The notes under the pieces: model-generated
What the model was told of the DNA's origin: nothing
Database searches by the model: none
The model's input: only the letters and a program-made list of their open reading frames with translations
Shown: positions 7,331 through 15,967 of the stretch, piece by piece
Layout of the letters: the number at the start of each line of letters is the position of its first letter
How positions within the stretch are numbered: the stretch's first letter is position 1
NCBI GenBank assembly: GCA_035556755.1
Contig: DATMEP010000096.1
Location: 1,110-65,109, forward strand
Reading direction: 5' to 3'
Source: Solirubrobacterales bacterium
GTDB lineage: Bacteria; Actinomycetota; Thermoleophilia; Solirubrobacterales; 70-9
Length of the DNA: 64,000 nucleotides
Program-made: the position numbers and the translations under genes

Positions 7331-8390
7331 ATGAGTCGAAGGCGCGCGATCCTGCGAGGGCGGCTACGGCGCCCCGGCCCCGAGAGCGCCGGCGGGGAAG
7401 AGGAATTCATCGAGGTCGATCCCGCCGAGCTGAGCGGGATCTTCTCCGCGCCGGCCTGGATGCGTGATCTCGGCTTCTCCGCCTGGCTGCTGGTCGGGGT
7501 CGGTGCCGCGCTGCTCGGGGCGATCTGGCTGCTGTCGCTGACCGAGACGATCGTGATGCCGGTGATCACGGCGGGGATCATCGCCTCGGTCACCGTGCCG
7601 CTGGTTGACTGGTTGAAGCGGCGCGGTGTGCCCAGGGGCGCCGGCGCCACGATCGTCTTCCTCGGGATAGCCCTGATCGGTGTCGGTGTCGGGATCATCG
7701 TCCTCAGCGGCATCGCCAGCCAGGCTGACAGCCTCAGCGAGAGGCTCCAAGCCGGCGCGGACGAGATCGAGTCGTGGGTGCGGGATCTGGGAGTCAACTC
7801 AGCTACCGCCGAAGGCGCCAACACTGACGCCAGCGCCTCGATTACCGCCGGCTTCAAGGCCCTGACCGACGGCCTCCTCGGCGGGGTCGACAAACTGGCT
7901 TCGCTGACCGTGTTCCTCTCCTTCACGGCCCTCAGCCTCTTCTTCCTGCTCAAGGACGCGCCGACGATCGGGAGATTCGTCGAGCGTCATCTCGGCATGC
8001 CGGTGCCCCCTGCCGGGGACGATCGCCGTAGTCACCTTCCTCGGCGGGTACGTCCCCTACATCGGTGCCTGGATCGCGGGCGCCTTCGCGGTCCTGATCG
8101 CACTGGGCGGCCAGGGCCCCGAGGTCGCGGTGGCGATGGCAGTGGTCGTCCTGCTGGCCAACGGCCTGTTCCAGCAGCTCGTGCAGCCCGTCGCCTACGG
8201 CGCAGCCCTGGGGATCCACCCCCTGGCCGTCCTGATTGTGACCATCGCCGGCGGCTGCCTCTTCGGCACGATCGGGTTGGTGCTGGCGGCCCCGCTGGTA
8301 TCCGCGGCGGTGCGGATCTGGGCGGAGGTCGCCGTTTCCCGTTCGTCTTCTGAGCCGGAAGAGGCGCCGACGGGCGAGCCGGCCGCTTAG
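7331..8390 (+). pseudogene. AI-2E family (PerM-like) transporter, frameshifted at a C5 run
   Basis: Frame 2 carries the N-terminal TM helices up to ..FVERHLGMPVP. Frame 3 carries ..LPGTIAVVTFLGGYVPYIGAWIAGAF...LAAPLVSAAV. The switch is at ccccc 8006..8010. The frame-2 continuation is Arg/Pro-rich nonsense. Confidence 0.75.
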
Positions 8391-8446
8391 CCGTGCTTGC
8401 GGATCGAGCAGGCCGGGGAGACGCTCGCGATTGCGATCAGCTTCAT
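8387..8446 (-). CDS. Candidate 19-aa small protein (MKLIAIASVSPACSIRKHG)
   Basis: An ATG is preceded by AAGGAGGTG with 5-nt spacing, in an A+T-richer intergenic patch. It is convergent with and touches the AI-2E stop. No family is recognised. Confidence 0.35.
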   Translation of the reverse strand: MKLIAIASVSPACSIRKHG

Positions 8447-8571
8447 GTCTTTCACCTCCTTGTGGGAGAGCTTTTGCGAAGCAGCTCTGCCTCTGAGAGA
8501 GAAACTTTCCTATTAATCAAGAAGTTTAAAGCTTTTGTAGGAAGGCGGTAATTGGGACCTTTTTTCGTTGG

Positions 8572-8628
8572 GTTCTTCGGTTTAAACCGGTAACCTTGAG
8601 TGCTTAGCATCGGCAAGTACCGAAGAAC
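8572..8628 (+). promoter_or_regulatory. Structured 5' leader (10-bp long-range stem) upstream of the ArsR-like gene
   Basis: gttcttcggt (8572..8581) pairs perfectly with accgaagaac (8619..8628). The stem encloses the ggtttaaacc palindrome and ends 20 nt before the ATG at 8649. Confidence 0.4.
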
Positions 8629-8648
8629 AACTGAGAGAGGACCCGTAG

Positions 8649-9350
8649 ATGGCGGCCAACAAGAGCCAGAGAAAGGGCCGTGCTGCTGCGCCTAAACCGA
8701 AGGCGCAGGAGAACGGTCGGAAATCCGAGTCGCAGGGCGACCTCGTCGATCACGCATGGATGAGGGTCCTGGGCCACCGAGGACGGGTCAAGATTCTCTC
8801 CATCCTCAACGAACGCGTCGCCAGCCCCAAAGAACTGGAGCAGGTGGTGGACGAAGGGCTCAGCCAGATCAGCTACCACATCAGGGTTCTGCGGGAAGAG
8901 GGGTTCATCGAGCAGGATCGGACCGAGCAGCGCCGCGGTGCGATCGAGCACTACTACCGGGCGACCCAGCGCGCGCTGCTGCCTGCCGACGCCTGGAAGA
9001 ACCTCTCGCCGACGATGATGGAGGGCATCTCCGTCGGCATCCTGCGCGAGTTCTTCGAAGACGCCGAGGCCTCGATGGAGGCGGGCATCTTCGACGACCC
9101 CACCAGCCATCTGAGCTGGACGCCGCTGGTTCTCGACAAAGAGGGCTGGAGCCGCGTCGCGGAGATCCTCAAGAACACGATGGACGAGGTCTTCGACGTC
9201 CAGGTCGAGACGAGCGAGCGGATGGCGAGCGAAGGCACCGACCGGGAAGAGGGAGTCTCGGTGACCGTGACGCTGGCCGGCTTCCTCTCGGCCCGCAGCC
9301 CGGAGGAGGGCAAGAAAGCCCCTGCGACCAAGCGGCGCTACTCGCCCTAG
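8649..9350 (+). CDS. ArsR-family winged-helix transcriptional regulator with a C-terminal extension
   Basis: 233 aa. RVKILSILNERVASPKELEQVVDEGLSQISYHIRVLREEGFIE is an ArsR/HTH_20-type wHTH. Confidence 0.75.
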   Translation: MAANKSQRKGRAAAPKPKAQENGRKSESQGDLVDHAWMRVLGHRGRVKILSILNERVASPKELEQVVDEGLSQISYHIRVLREEGFIEQDRTEQRRGAIEHYYRATQRALLPADAWKNLSPTMMEGISVGILREFFEDAEASMEAGIFDDPTSHLSWTPLVLDKEGWSRVAEILKNTMDEVFDVQVETSERMASEGTDREEGVSVTVTLAGFLSARSPEEGKKAPATKRRYSP

Positions 9351-9352
9351 CC

Positions 9353-9949
9353 CTAGGCCTCGAGCCAGGTTCCTGCTGGCCCGAGGTTGCGGATCGGGGT
9401 CTCGCCGATCCGGCTCTCGCATCCCCAGGACTCGTGGATGTGGCCGCAGACGGCGAGGCGGGGGCGCTTGCGCTCGATCGTCCCGAGGAGGGCTTCGCTG
9501 CCGAAGTGATCGCCGCTGCCGTTGGCGTCGCAGTGGCCCCGTGGCGGCGAGTGGAGGACGAGGACGGCGCCCTCGGGGCAGCCGGCGAGCATCTCGCTTG
9601 CCGCGTCGTCGTCGAGGTCGAAGCTCCAGTCCCACGGGGTGACCGGGACGCCGGCTCCGAGCCCGTAGAACTCGACGCCGTCGATTGCAGTGCCTTCGCC
9701 GTGAAGGACGGTGGCCGCGCCCCAGCCCGCCGCCGCCTCGCGTAGCGCCGCGTCGGTCTCGTTGTTGCCGGGCACCAGCACCGTTGGCGTCTCGATCGCC
9801 GCCAGGGCGCCGATCGTCTCCTCCAGGCCCTCGTGGACCGAGGCGAAGTCACCGGCGCCGATCACGACGTCGGCTTCCGCTGACACCTGGACCAGCTTCG
9901 CCGCCTGGCCGAGGTCCCGGTGCAGGTCGCTGAAGGCAAGCAGCCTCAT
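9353..9949 (-). CDS. Metallophosphoesterase (calcineurin-like)
   Basis: 198 aa from the ATG at 9949. Motifs are SDLH, GAGDF, GNNE, LHSPP and GHIH. The longer track ORF (to 10243) is an antisense extension over the next gene. Confidence 0.85.
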   Translation of the reverse strand: MRLLAFSDLHRDLGQAAKLVQVSAEADVVIGAGDFASVHEGLEETIGALAAIETPTVLVPGNNETDAALREAAAGWGAATVLHGEGTAIDGVEFYGLGAGVPVTPWDWSFDLDDDAASEMLAGCPEGAVLVLHSPPRGHCDANGSGDHFGSEALLGTIERKRPRLAVCGHIHESWGCESRIGETPIRNLGPAGTWLEA

Positions 9950-10055
9950 GCTCGGAAACTTACCCCTCCGCGGTCGCTTCGACCGCGCGGTTTCCCCGTG
10001 TCGGTCGGCCGGGTATCTGGCAGGGGGACTGCTCAGCGAGTAAAGGAGAGATGCC

Positions 10056-10334
10056 GTGGGGATCATCGGCTGGATCTTGTTGGGGCTCTTAGCCGGAGCG
10101 ATCGCGAAGCTGATCATGCCCGGCGAGGACCCCGGGGGCTTCATCGTCACGACGCTGATCGGGATCGCGGGCGCGATCGTCGGCGGCCTGATCGCCAGCG
10201 CCCTCGACATCGGCGACTTGGACGAGTTCTTCGATATCGGCACCTGGCTGATCGCGATCGGCGGCTCGCTGCTGCTGCTGGCGATCTACCGGGTGGTCGC
10301 CGGCAATCGCTCGGGGCGCGGCGCATACCGCTGA
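10056..10334 (+). CDS. GlsB/YeaQ/YmgE-family (transglycosylase-associated) small membrane protein
   Basis: 92 aa. MGIIGWILLGLLAGAIAKLIMPG..GGFIVTTLIGIAGAIVGG is the characteristic N-terminus. Confidence 0.85.
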   Translation: MGIIGWILLGLLAGAIAKLIMPGEDPGGFIVTTLIGIAGAIVGGLIASALDIGDLDEFFDIGTWLIAIGGSLLLLAIYRVVAGNRSGRGAYR

Positions 10335-10406
10335 CCGCCGGCCTCGACTGCGGTCGCCCGCTGGCGCTTCTCGCTCGTCTGGAACGAAGCAGCGCCGGCG
10401 AGGAGC

Positions 10407-12044
10407 TCAGGGTGCGGGGACGTCGTCCGGACCATCCAGGTCCGGCGCTTTGCCCGACGGCATCCAGATCAGCGCCACCACGAAGGCGACCGCCATCGCC
10501 GCCGCCATCAGATAGAAGACCGTGCGCGAGGAGAGGGCGAAGTCGTACTGGACGGCGGAGAAGATCTCCTTGGCCTGGGAGCCGGCCGTTTCGGCGAAGG
10601 CCGCTTCGTTGCCGCCGCCGGCTTCGGTCAGCGATTCGGCGATCTGGTCCGCCTCCGACTTGGGGATCCCCTCTTCGCCCAGGGTCGACTCCAGGTTCGA
10701 CTTGTTTTCCAGGATCAGCACGGTGCCCAGCAGGGCGAGGCCGAGGCTGGAGCCGAAGTTGCGCACCGTCTGCGTGATCCCGGTCGCCTCGCCGTAGCGG
10801 CCGCGGGGCACCCGGTTGAGCGCGTCGGTGTTGGCCGGGCTGAGGACGAGGCCGACGCCGGCCCCGGCGAGGACCATGTAGGGCCACTGCGAGCCGACCG
10901 AGAGCTCCGGCATCTCTTTCGCCCAGAGTGCGAACCCGACCGCGCCGAGCAGGCAGCCCAGCAGCACCGTCGGCCGCGCGCCTTTCTGGTCGAGGATCCT
11001 GCCGCCGCGCTGGGTGGCGAAGAAGAAGCCGCCGAAGAAGATCAGCAGGTAGAGGCCGGTTTCCGAGGCGCTTTCGCCGAGCGAGATCTGCGCGTACATG
11101 CTGGCGAAGAAGAAGAGCGGCACGAAGGCGATCATCAGCAGGAAGAGGATCGCGTTGTCGACCGCGAAGGCACGGTCGGCGAAGGTGCGGATCTGCATCA
11201 AAGGGTTCTCGATCCGCAGCTCGTAGCGGGCGAAGGCGGCGATCAGGACGACGCCGGCGGCGATGCAGAGCCAGGTGATCGGGCTGCCCCAGCCCCAGAC
11301 GCTCGACTGCTGCAGGCCGAGCACCGCCAGCCCCATCCCGGCTGAGATCATCACCGCGCCGCGGTAGTCGAGCGGCGCCGGGTGCTTCTCGTCGGCGGGC
11401 TTGGCGATCGCGGTGAGGACGAGTGCGCCGATCGCCACCGGCACGTTGATCCAGAAGATCGACCGCCAGGTCCACTCGGTCAGGTAACCGCCGGCGATCG
11501 GGCCGATCGAGGTGAAGGCGCCGGCGAGGCCGAAGAAGATCGCCAGCGCCCGGCCCCGTTCGCGGACCGGGAAGGCGCCGAGGACGATCGCCAGCGCCGC
11601 CGGGAACATCAGCGCCGCGCCGGCCCCCTGGATCACGCGGAAGAAGATGATCCAGGGCTCCGCCAGGTCGTTGGTGGGCGTCGCCCCGCAGAGTGCCGAG
11701 GCGGTGGCGAAGATCACCACGCCGATCGTGACCATGCGCCGGTGGCCGGCGATGTCGGCGAGCTTGCCGCCGAAGGCGAAAAGCGCCGAGAGCGAGAGCA
11801 GGTAGCCGTTGATGATCCACTGCACCCCGGTAGAGGAGAGTGAGAGGTCGCCCTGCAGTTGTGGGACCGCGATCGCGACGATCGTCTGGTCGATGAAGGT
11901 CATCGAGACGGCGAGGATCATCGCCGCCAGGATCAGGTTTCTCTTGCCGCTGTTGCTCTCGTCCATGGCTGTGACGTTTGCCGCTAGCCTCCCGATTCCT
12001 CCCGATCCGCGGGGTCGAAACAGACGTATGTCGGGGTCGGTCAT
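10407..12044 (-). CDS. MFS transporter, DHA2 (14-TMS, EmrB/QacA-like)
   Basis: 545 aa with about 14 hydrophobic segments and an MFS-type loop motif (GKLADIAGHRR). Confidence 0.85.
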   Translation of the reverse strand: MTDPDIRLFRPRGSGGIGRLAANVTAMDESNSGKRNLILAAMILAVSMTFIDQTIVAIAVPQLQGDLSLSSTGVQWIINGYLLSLSALFAFGGKLADIAGHRRMVTIGVVIFATASALCGATPTNDLAEPWIIFFRVIQGAGAALMFPAALAIVLGAFPVRERGRALAIFFGLAGAFTSIGPIAGGYLTEWTWRSIFWINVPVAIGALVLTAIAKPADEKHPAPLDYRGAVMISAGMGLAVLGLQQSSVWGWGSPITWLCIAAGVVLIAAFARYELRIENPLMQIRTFADRAFAVDNAILFLLMIAFVPLFFFASMYAQISLGESASETGLYLLIFFGGFFFATQRGGRILDQKGARPTVLLGCLLGAVGFALWAKEMPELSVGSQWPYMVLAGAGVGLVLSPANTDALNRVPRGRYGEATGITQTVRNFGSSLGLALLGTVLILENKSNLESTLGEEGIPKSEADQIAESLTEAGGGNEAAFAETAGSQAKEIFSAVQYDFALSSRTVFYLMAAAMAVAFVVALIWMPSGKAPDLDGPDDVPAP

Positions 12045-12073
12045 CGACCCCTTTCGATAATCTCGCCGCGCTC

Positions 12074-12247
12074 ATGCCCGACGTCTTCTGGCTAGGACTT
12101 GGAATCGCCCTCTTCTGCGCGCTGCTCGGCCTCGTCGCCGGGGCCCGCTCGCGTGAGACGCGCACCCTCACCGGCCTTGCGATCGGCTCTTTCCTGGGCC
12201 TGATGGCCGGCTTCCCGCTGCTCGCGATCGGTCTCTCCACCGCTTAG
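12074..12247 (+). CDS. Possible small membrane protein
   Basis: 57 aa with two hydrophobic helices (VFWLGLGIALFCALLGLVAG, LAIGSFLGLMAGFPLLAIGL). No family is recognised. Confidence 0.3.
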   Translation: MPDVFWLGLGIALFCALLGLVAGARSRETRTLTGLAIGSFLGLMAGFPLLAIGLSTA

Positions 12248-12295
12248 CGTGATCGCCGCGCCTGGAGGTGCGCGCGACCGTCTAACCTCGCCAGG

Positions 12296-13120
12296 GTGAT
12301 CCCCAGCCTCACCCTCCACGACGGCGTCGAGATTCCGCAGCTCGGCTTCGGCGTCTTCCAGGTGCCGCCCGAGGAGACCCAGCAGGCGGTCGAGGAGGCA
12401 CTGGCCGCCGGCTACCGCCACGTCGACACGGCCGCCGCCTACCGCAACGAGAGGGGCGTCGGGTCGGCGATCGCCGCGTCGGGCCTGCCGCGCGAGGAGG
12501 TCTTCGTCACGACCAAGCTGTGGAACTCCCAGCAGGGCTACGACTCCACCCTGCAGACCTTCGAGAAGAGCCTTGGCCGGCTCGGCTTCGAGCACGTCGA
12601 CCTCTACCTGATCCACTGGCCGGTCCCGACGGAAGACCGCTTCGTCGAGACCTGGCGCGCCTTCGAGCGCATCCGCGAGGAGAAGCGCGCCCGCACGATC
12701 GGCGTCTCCAACTTCCGGATCGAGGACCTGGAGCGGCTGGAAGCCGAGACCTGGATCCGGCCGACGGTCAACCAGGTCGAGCTGCACCCGCTGTTCCAGC
12801 AGGCCGAGCTGCGCGCCTGGCACGCCGAGCACGGGATCGCGACCGAGGCCTGGAGCCCGCTGGCGCAGGGGGCGGTGCTGGCCGACGAGACGCTCGTCTC
12901 GATTGCCGAGCGTTACGGCAGGACCCCGGCGCAGGCGGTCCTGCGCTGGCACCTGCAGCTCGGCAACGTGGTCATCCCCAAGTCGGTGACGCCGGAGCGC
13001 GTGCACGAGAACGTCGACGTCTTCGACTTCGAACTGAGCGAGGCGGAGATGGACGAGATCGGCGGCCTCGACACCGGCAACCGCGGCGGCCCCGATCCCG
13101 CCACCTTCGTCTCGCCCTAG
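12296..13120 (+). CDS. Aldo/keto reductase (2,5-diketo-D-gluconate-reductase-like)
   Basis: 274 aa with GYRHVDTAAAYRNE, LYLIHWP and IPKS motifs. GTG start. Confidence 0.9.
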   Translation: MIPSLTLHDGVEIPQLGFGVFQVPPEETQQAVEEALAAGYRHVDTAAAYRNERGVGSAIAASGLPREEVFVTTKLWNSQQGYDSTLQTFEKSLGRLGFEHVDLYLIHWPVPTEDRFVETWRAFERIREEKRARTIGVSNFRIEDLERLEAETWIRPTVNQVELHPLFQQAELRAWHAEHGIATEAWSPLAQGAVLADETLVSIAERYGRTPAQAVLRWHLQLGNVVIPKSVTPERVHENVDVFDFELSEAEMDEIGGLDTGNRGGPDPATFVSP

Positions 13121-13140
13121 GGTTCCCCTCGCATCCAACC

Positions 13141-13177
13141 CATCACGTTTTCCATGTGTGGGATGGAAAACGTGATG
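13141..13177. repeat. 37-nt palindromic repeat, copy 1 (CATCACGTTTTCCAT-N7-ATGGAAAACGTGATG)
   Basis: The 15-bp arms are perfect and the loop is gtgtggg. It lies between the convergent stops at 13120 and 13183. Confidence 0.9.
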
Positions 13178-13182
13178 AGATT

Positions 13183-14664
13183 TCAGGCCGCGACCGCGAC
13201 CGGCTGTGGGGCGCGGCTGAGAAAGTCGTCCGGCTCGAAGCGGGAGAGGCGGCGGCGCAGCTCGATCGTCGAGCCCGGGAACATCGTGCTGTTGCGTCCG
13301 TTGACGTCGAGGTAGTAGCTGCTGCAGCCGCCCGCGTTCCAGACCGTTCCCTGCAGTCGCGACTGGACCTCGGCGTTGAACCGCTCCTGCACGTCGGCCC
13401 TTACCTCGAAGCTCGCCAGCCCCTCGCGGGACATCGCCCCCAATGCGTCGACCATGTATTCGATCTGGGTCTCGGAGAGCATGAACGCCGAGGAGTGGCC
13501 GTTGCCGATGTTGGGGCCGAGCAGGAGGAAGAAGTTGGGGAAGCCGTGGACGACGCTGCCGAGGTAGCCGGTCGGACTGCCCTGCCAGGTGTCGGCCAGC
13601 GTGCGGCCCTCGCGCCCGCGGACGCGTTCGGCGATCGGCAGGTCGGTGATCGTGAAGCCGGTGCCGAGCACGATCGTGTCGACCTCGCGCTCGACCCCGT
13701 TGGCGTCGACGAGGCCGTTCGGCCGCACCTCCTCGACCGCGTGCGGGACGACCTCGACGTTCGGCCTGGTCAGCGCCTGGTACCACTCGTTCGAGAAGAG
13801 CAGCCGCTTGCAGCCGAGCGTGTAGTCGGGGGTGAGGATGCGGCGCAGCTCGGGGTCGGCGACGGTGCGGCGGATGTGCGCTTCGCCCGCTCGCTGGAGG
13901 GGGCCCAGCAGGCGCGGGTTGCGCATCGCGAGCCCGATCAGCTCGCTGACGTAGTAGAGGCCGTTGCGGATCGCGCGCTGGGAGGCGGGGTAGCGGCGGA
14001 AGAGCTGGTGTGCCCGGGGGCCGAGCGGGCGGTCGGCCTTCGGCAGCACCCAGTGGGCGGTGCGCTGGAAGAGCGTCAGCTGCCCGACCCTGGGCTGGAT
14101 CGCGGGCACGAACTGGACTGCCGATGCGCCGCTGCCGATCACCGCGACCCGGGCACCGTCGAGCCGGTGCTCGTGGTCCCAGCGCGAAGAGTGGAAGGCC
14201 TTGCCCTCGAACTCGTCCAGCCCGGGCAGGGACGGGATCACCGGCTCGCTCCAGGGCCCGGTCGCCGAGACCAGCACCTGGGCGGCGTAGTCGCCGGCGC
14301 TGGTCTGGATCAACCAGCGACGCCGCGCCTCGTCCCACTCGGCCGCGAGCACGTCGGCACCGCAGCGGATCCGGTCGCCGACCCCGTGCGCACCGGCGAC
14401 GTCGAGCAGGTAGCGCTGGATCTCCGCCTGCGGTGCGAAGGCCCTGCTCCAGTTGGGCTTCGGGGCGAAGGAGTAGGAGTAGAGCGCGGTGGGGACGTCG
14501 CAGGCACAGCCGGGGTAGGTGTTGTCGCGCCAGGTGCCGCCCGGCACGGCTCCGCGCTCGAGCAGGACGAAGTCCTCGATCCCGGCGCGGCGCATGTGGA
14601 TCGCCGCGCCGATCCCCGACATGCCGGCGCCGATCACGGCGACCCTGACCTCCCGCGGGCTCAT
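13183..14664 (-). CDS. Flavin-dependent (Baeyer-Villiger-type) monooxygenase
   Basis: 493 aa with GAGMSG and GSGASA dinucleotide folds and the FEGKAFHSSRWD (FxGxxxHxxxW) fingerprint. Confidence 0.85.
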   Translation of the reverse strand: MSPREVRVAVIGAGMSGIGAAIHMRRAGIEDFVLLERGAVPGGTWRDNTYPGCACDVPTALYSYSFAPKPNWSRAFAPQAEIQRYLLDVAGAHGVGDRIRCGADVLAAEWDEARRRWLIQTSAGDYAAQVLVSATGPWSEPVIPSLPGLDEFEGKAFHSSRWDHEHRLDGARVAVIGSGASAVQFVPAIQPRVGQLTLFQRTAHWVLPKADRPLGPRAHQLFRRYPASQRAIRNGLYYVSELIGLAMRNPRLLGPLQRAGEAHIRRTVADPELRRILTPDYTLGCKRLLFSNEWYQALTRPNVEVVPHAVEEVRPNGLVDANGVEREVDTIVLGTGFTITDLPIAERVRGREGRTLADTWQGSPTGYLGSVVHGFPNFFLLLGPNIGNGHSSAFMLSETQIEYMVDALGAMSREGLASFEVRADVQERFNAEVQSRLQGTVWNAGGCSSYYLDVNGRNSTMFPGSTIELRRRLSRFEPDDFLSRAPQPVAVAA

Positions 14665-14713
14665 CGCCGGGATTCTAGGGTTTGACTGGCCAGCTGGCCA
14701 AAAACCACCTGGC

Positions 14714-15910
14714 TCAGGTCTCGGCCGCCTCCGGGTGGCGGAGGCGGTAGCGCCCCTCGCCGTAGCTGCGGGTCTCGTAGGCGATCATCGCCCAGAGCAG
14801 CAGGTTGACGACCGCCAGGGCCGCCAGGGCCGGCATCTCGGTCGCCACCGGGACGAGGATCAGCAGCACGATCGCCAGCAGCAGGCGCTGGCGGTTGATC
14901 GTCTTTACGTGGCGGTAGCGGAAGGCGACGTGGCCGAGCAGGTAGGTGGCGAGGCCGCCGAGCAGGGCGAAGGCCGGCACCGCGTCGAGGTGCTCGTCGA
15001 AGTGGCCGATCGTCTTCTTCAGGCCGAGGGCGACGAGGACGATCCCGGCGATCATCGGCAGGTGCAGGTAGGAGTAGGAGTCGCGGGCCATCGTGTTCTG
15101 CGCGATCCCGCGCTCGGCCTCGGTGAGCCGGCGGCCGGCGACGATCGCGACGACGTCGAAGTAGGTCCACCACATCGCGGCGGTGAGGGCGACGCCGAGA
15201 ACGGCGGCGGTCCCGATCCCGAAGGTGAGCTCGCCAGCCGCCGCGACGCCGATCGCAACGATCGACTCGCCGAGGGCGATGATCACGATCAGCCCGTGGC
15301 GCTCGGCGAAGTGCTCGGGGACCAGTTTCCAGCCCTCGGGGCGGATGAAGTACGGGCCGGCCATGTCGAGGAAGAGGGCCAGCGCCCACAGCGCGCCCTG
15401 GGCGGCACCGTCGAAGAGCGAGGCGGTGGCCAGCAGCGCGACCGCGACCGTCGTGCTGAGCGCCAGCCCGAGCACCGAGTGGCGCAGCTCGTCGTCATCG
15501 GGGCTGGCCAGCATGAAGAGGCCGATGTGGGCGACCCGTACAGCGCCGTAGGCGAGAGCGAAGACGAGGGCGAGGCTGCCGAACGCTTCAGGCACGCAGA
15601 GGGAGACGAGCAGCAGCGCCGCCATCGCCCCGAACATGACCAGGCGCACGGCGCCCTCCTCGGGGTCGATGACGCTGGTCAGCCAGGCGTAGCCGACCCA
15701 GGCCCACCAGAGCATGCCGAGCACCAGCAGTCCCTGGGCGAGGCCCGACCAGGTGGGGTGGTGCGACATCAGCGCCGTGCACTGGGTGAACGCCAGCACG
15801 AAGACGAGGTCGAAGAAGAGCTCCAGCGGCGTCACCCGCTCGCCTTCGCGCAGGGCGGCGCTGAGCCGTGGTTGACGCGTCTCGCCGGCGGCCGCCATCC
15901 GGCCCATCAT
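14714..15910 (-). CDS. LtrA (low-temperature-requirement A) family membrane protein
   Basis: 398 aa, polytopic, with an N-terminal ..VTPLELFFDLVFVLAFTQ.. motif. Confidence 0.8.
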   Translation of the reverse strand: MMGRMAAAGETRQPRLSAALREGERVTPLELFFDLVFVLAFTQCTALMSHHPTWSGLAQGLLVLGMLWWAWVGYAWLTSVIDPEEGAVRLVMFGAMAALLLVSLCVPEAFGSLALVFALAYGAVRVAHIGLFMLASPDDDELRHSVLGLALSTTVAVALLATASLFDGAAQGALWALALFLDMAGPYFIRPEGWKLVPEHFAERHGLIVIIALGESIVAIGVAAAGELTFGIGTAAVLGVALTAAMWWTYFDVVAIVAGRRLTEAERGIAQNTMARDSYSYLHLPMIAGIVLVALGLKKTIGHFDEHLDAVPAFALLGGLATYLLGHVAFRYRHVKTINRQRLLLAIVLLILVPVATEMPALAALAVVNLLLWAMIAYETRSYGEGRYRLRHPEAAET

Positions 15911-15967
15911 CGCAACCGGCTGGGGGCTTGCGCGCCGTCACGTTGCGCGCGAGCGACGCCTGAGAGG

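Noticed and set aside
10147-12240. 697-aa Arg-rich ORF overlapping the MFS transporter in another minus-strand frame
   Set aside because: Its composition (poly-R/P/G) is non-protein-like. The 10407..12044 frame gives 14 clean TM segments.
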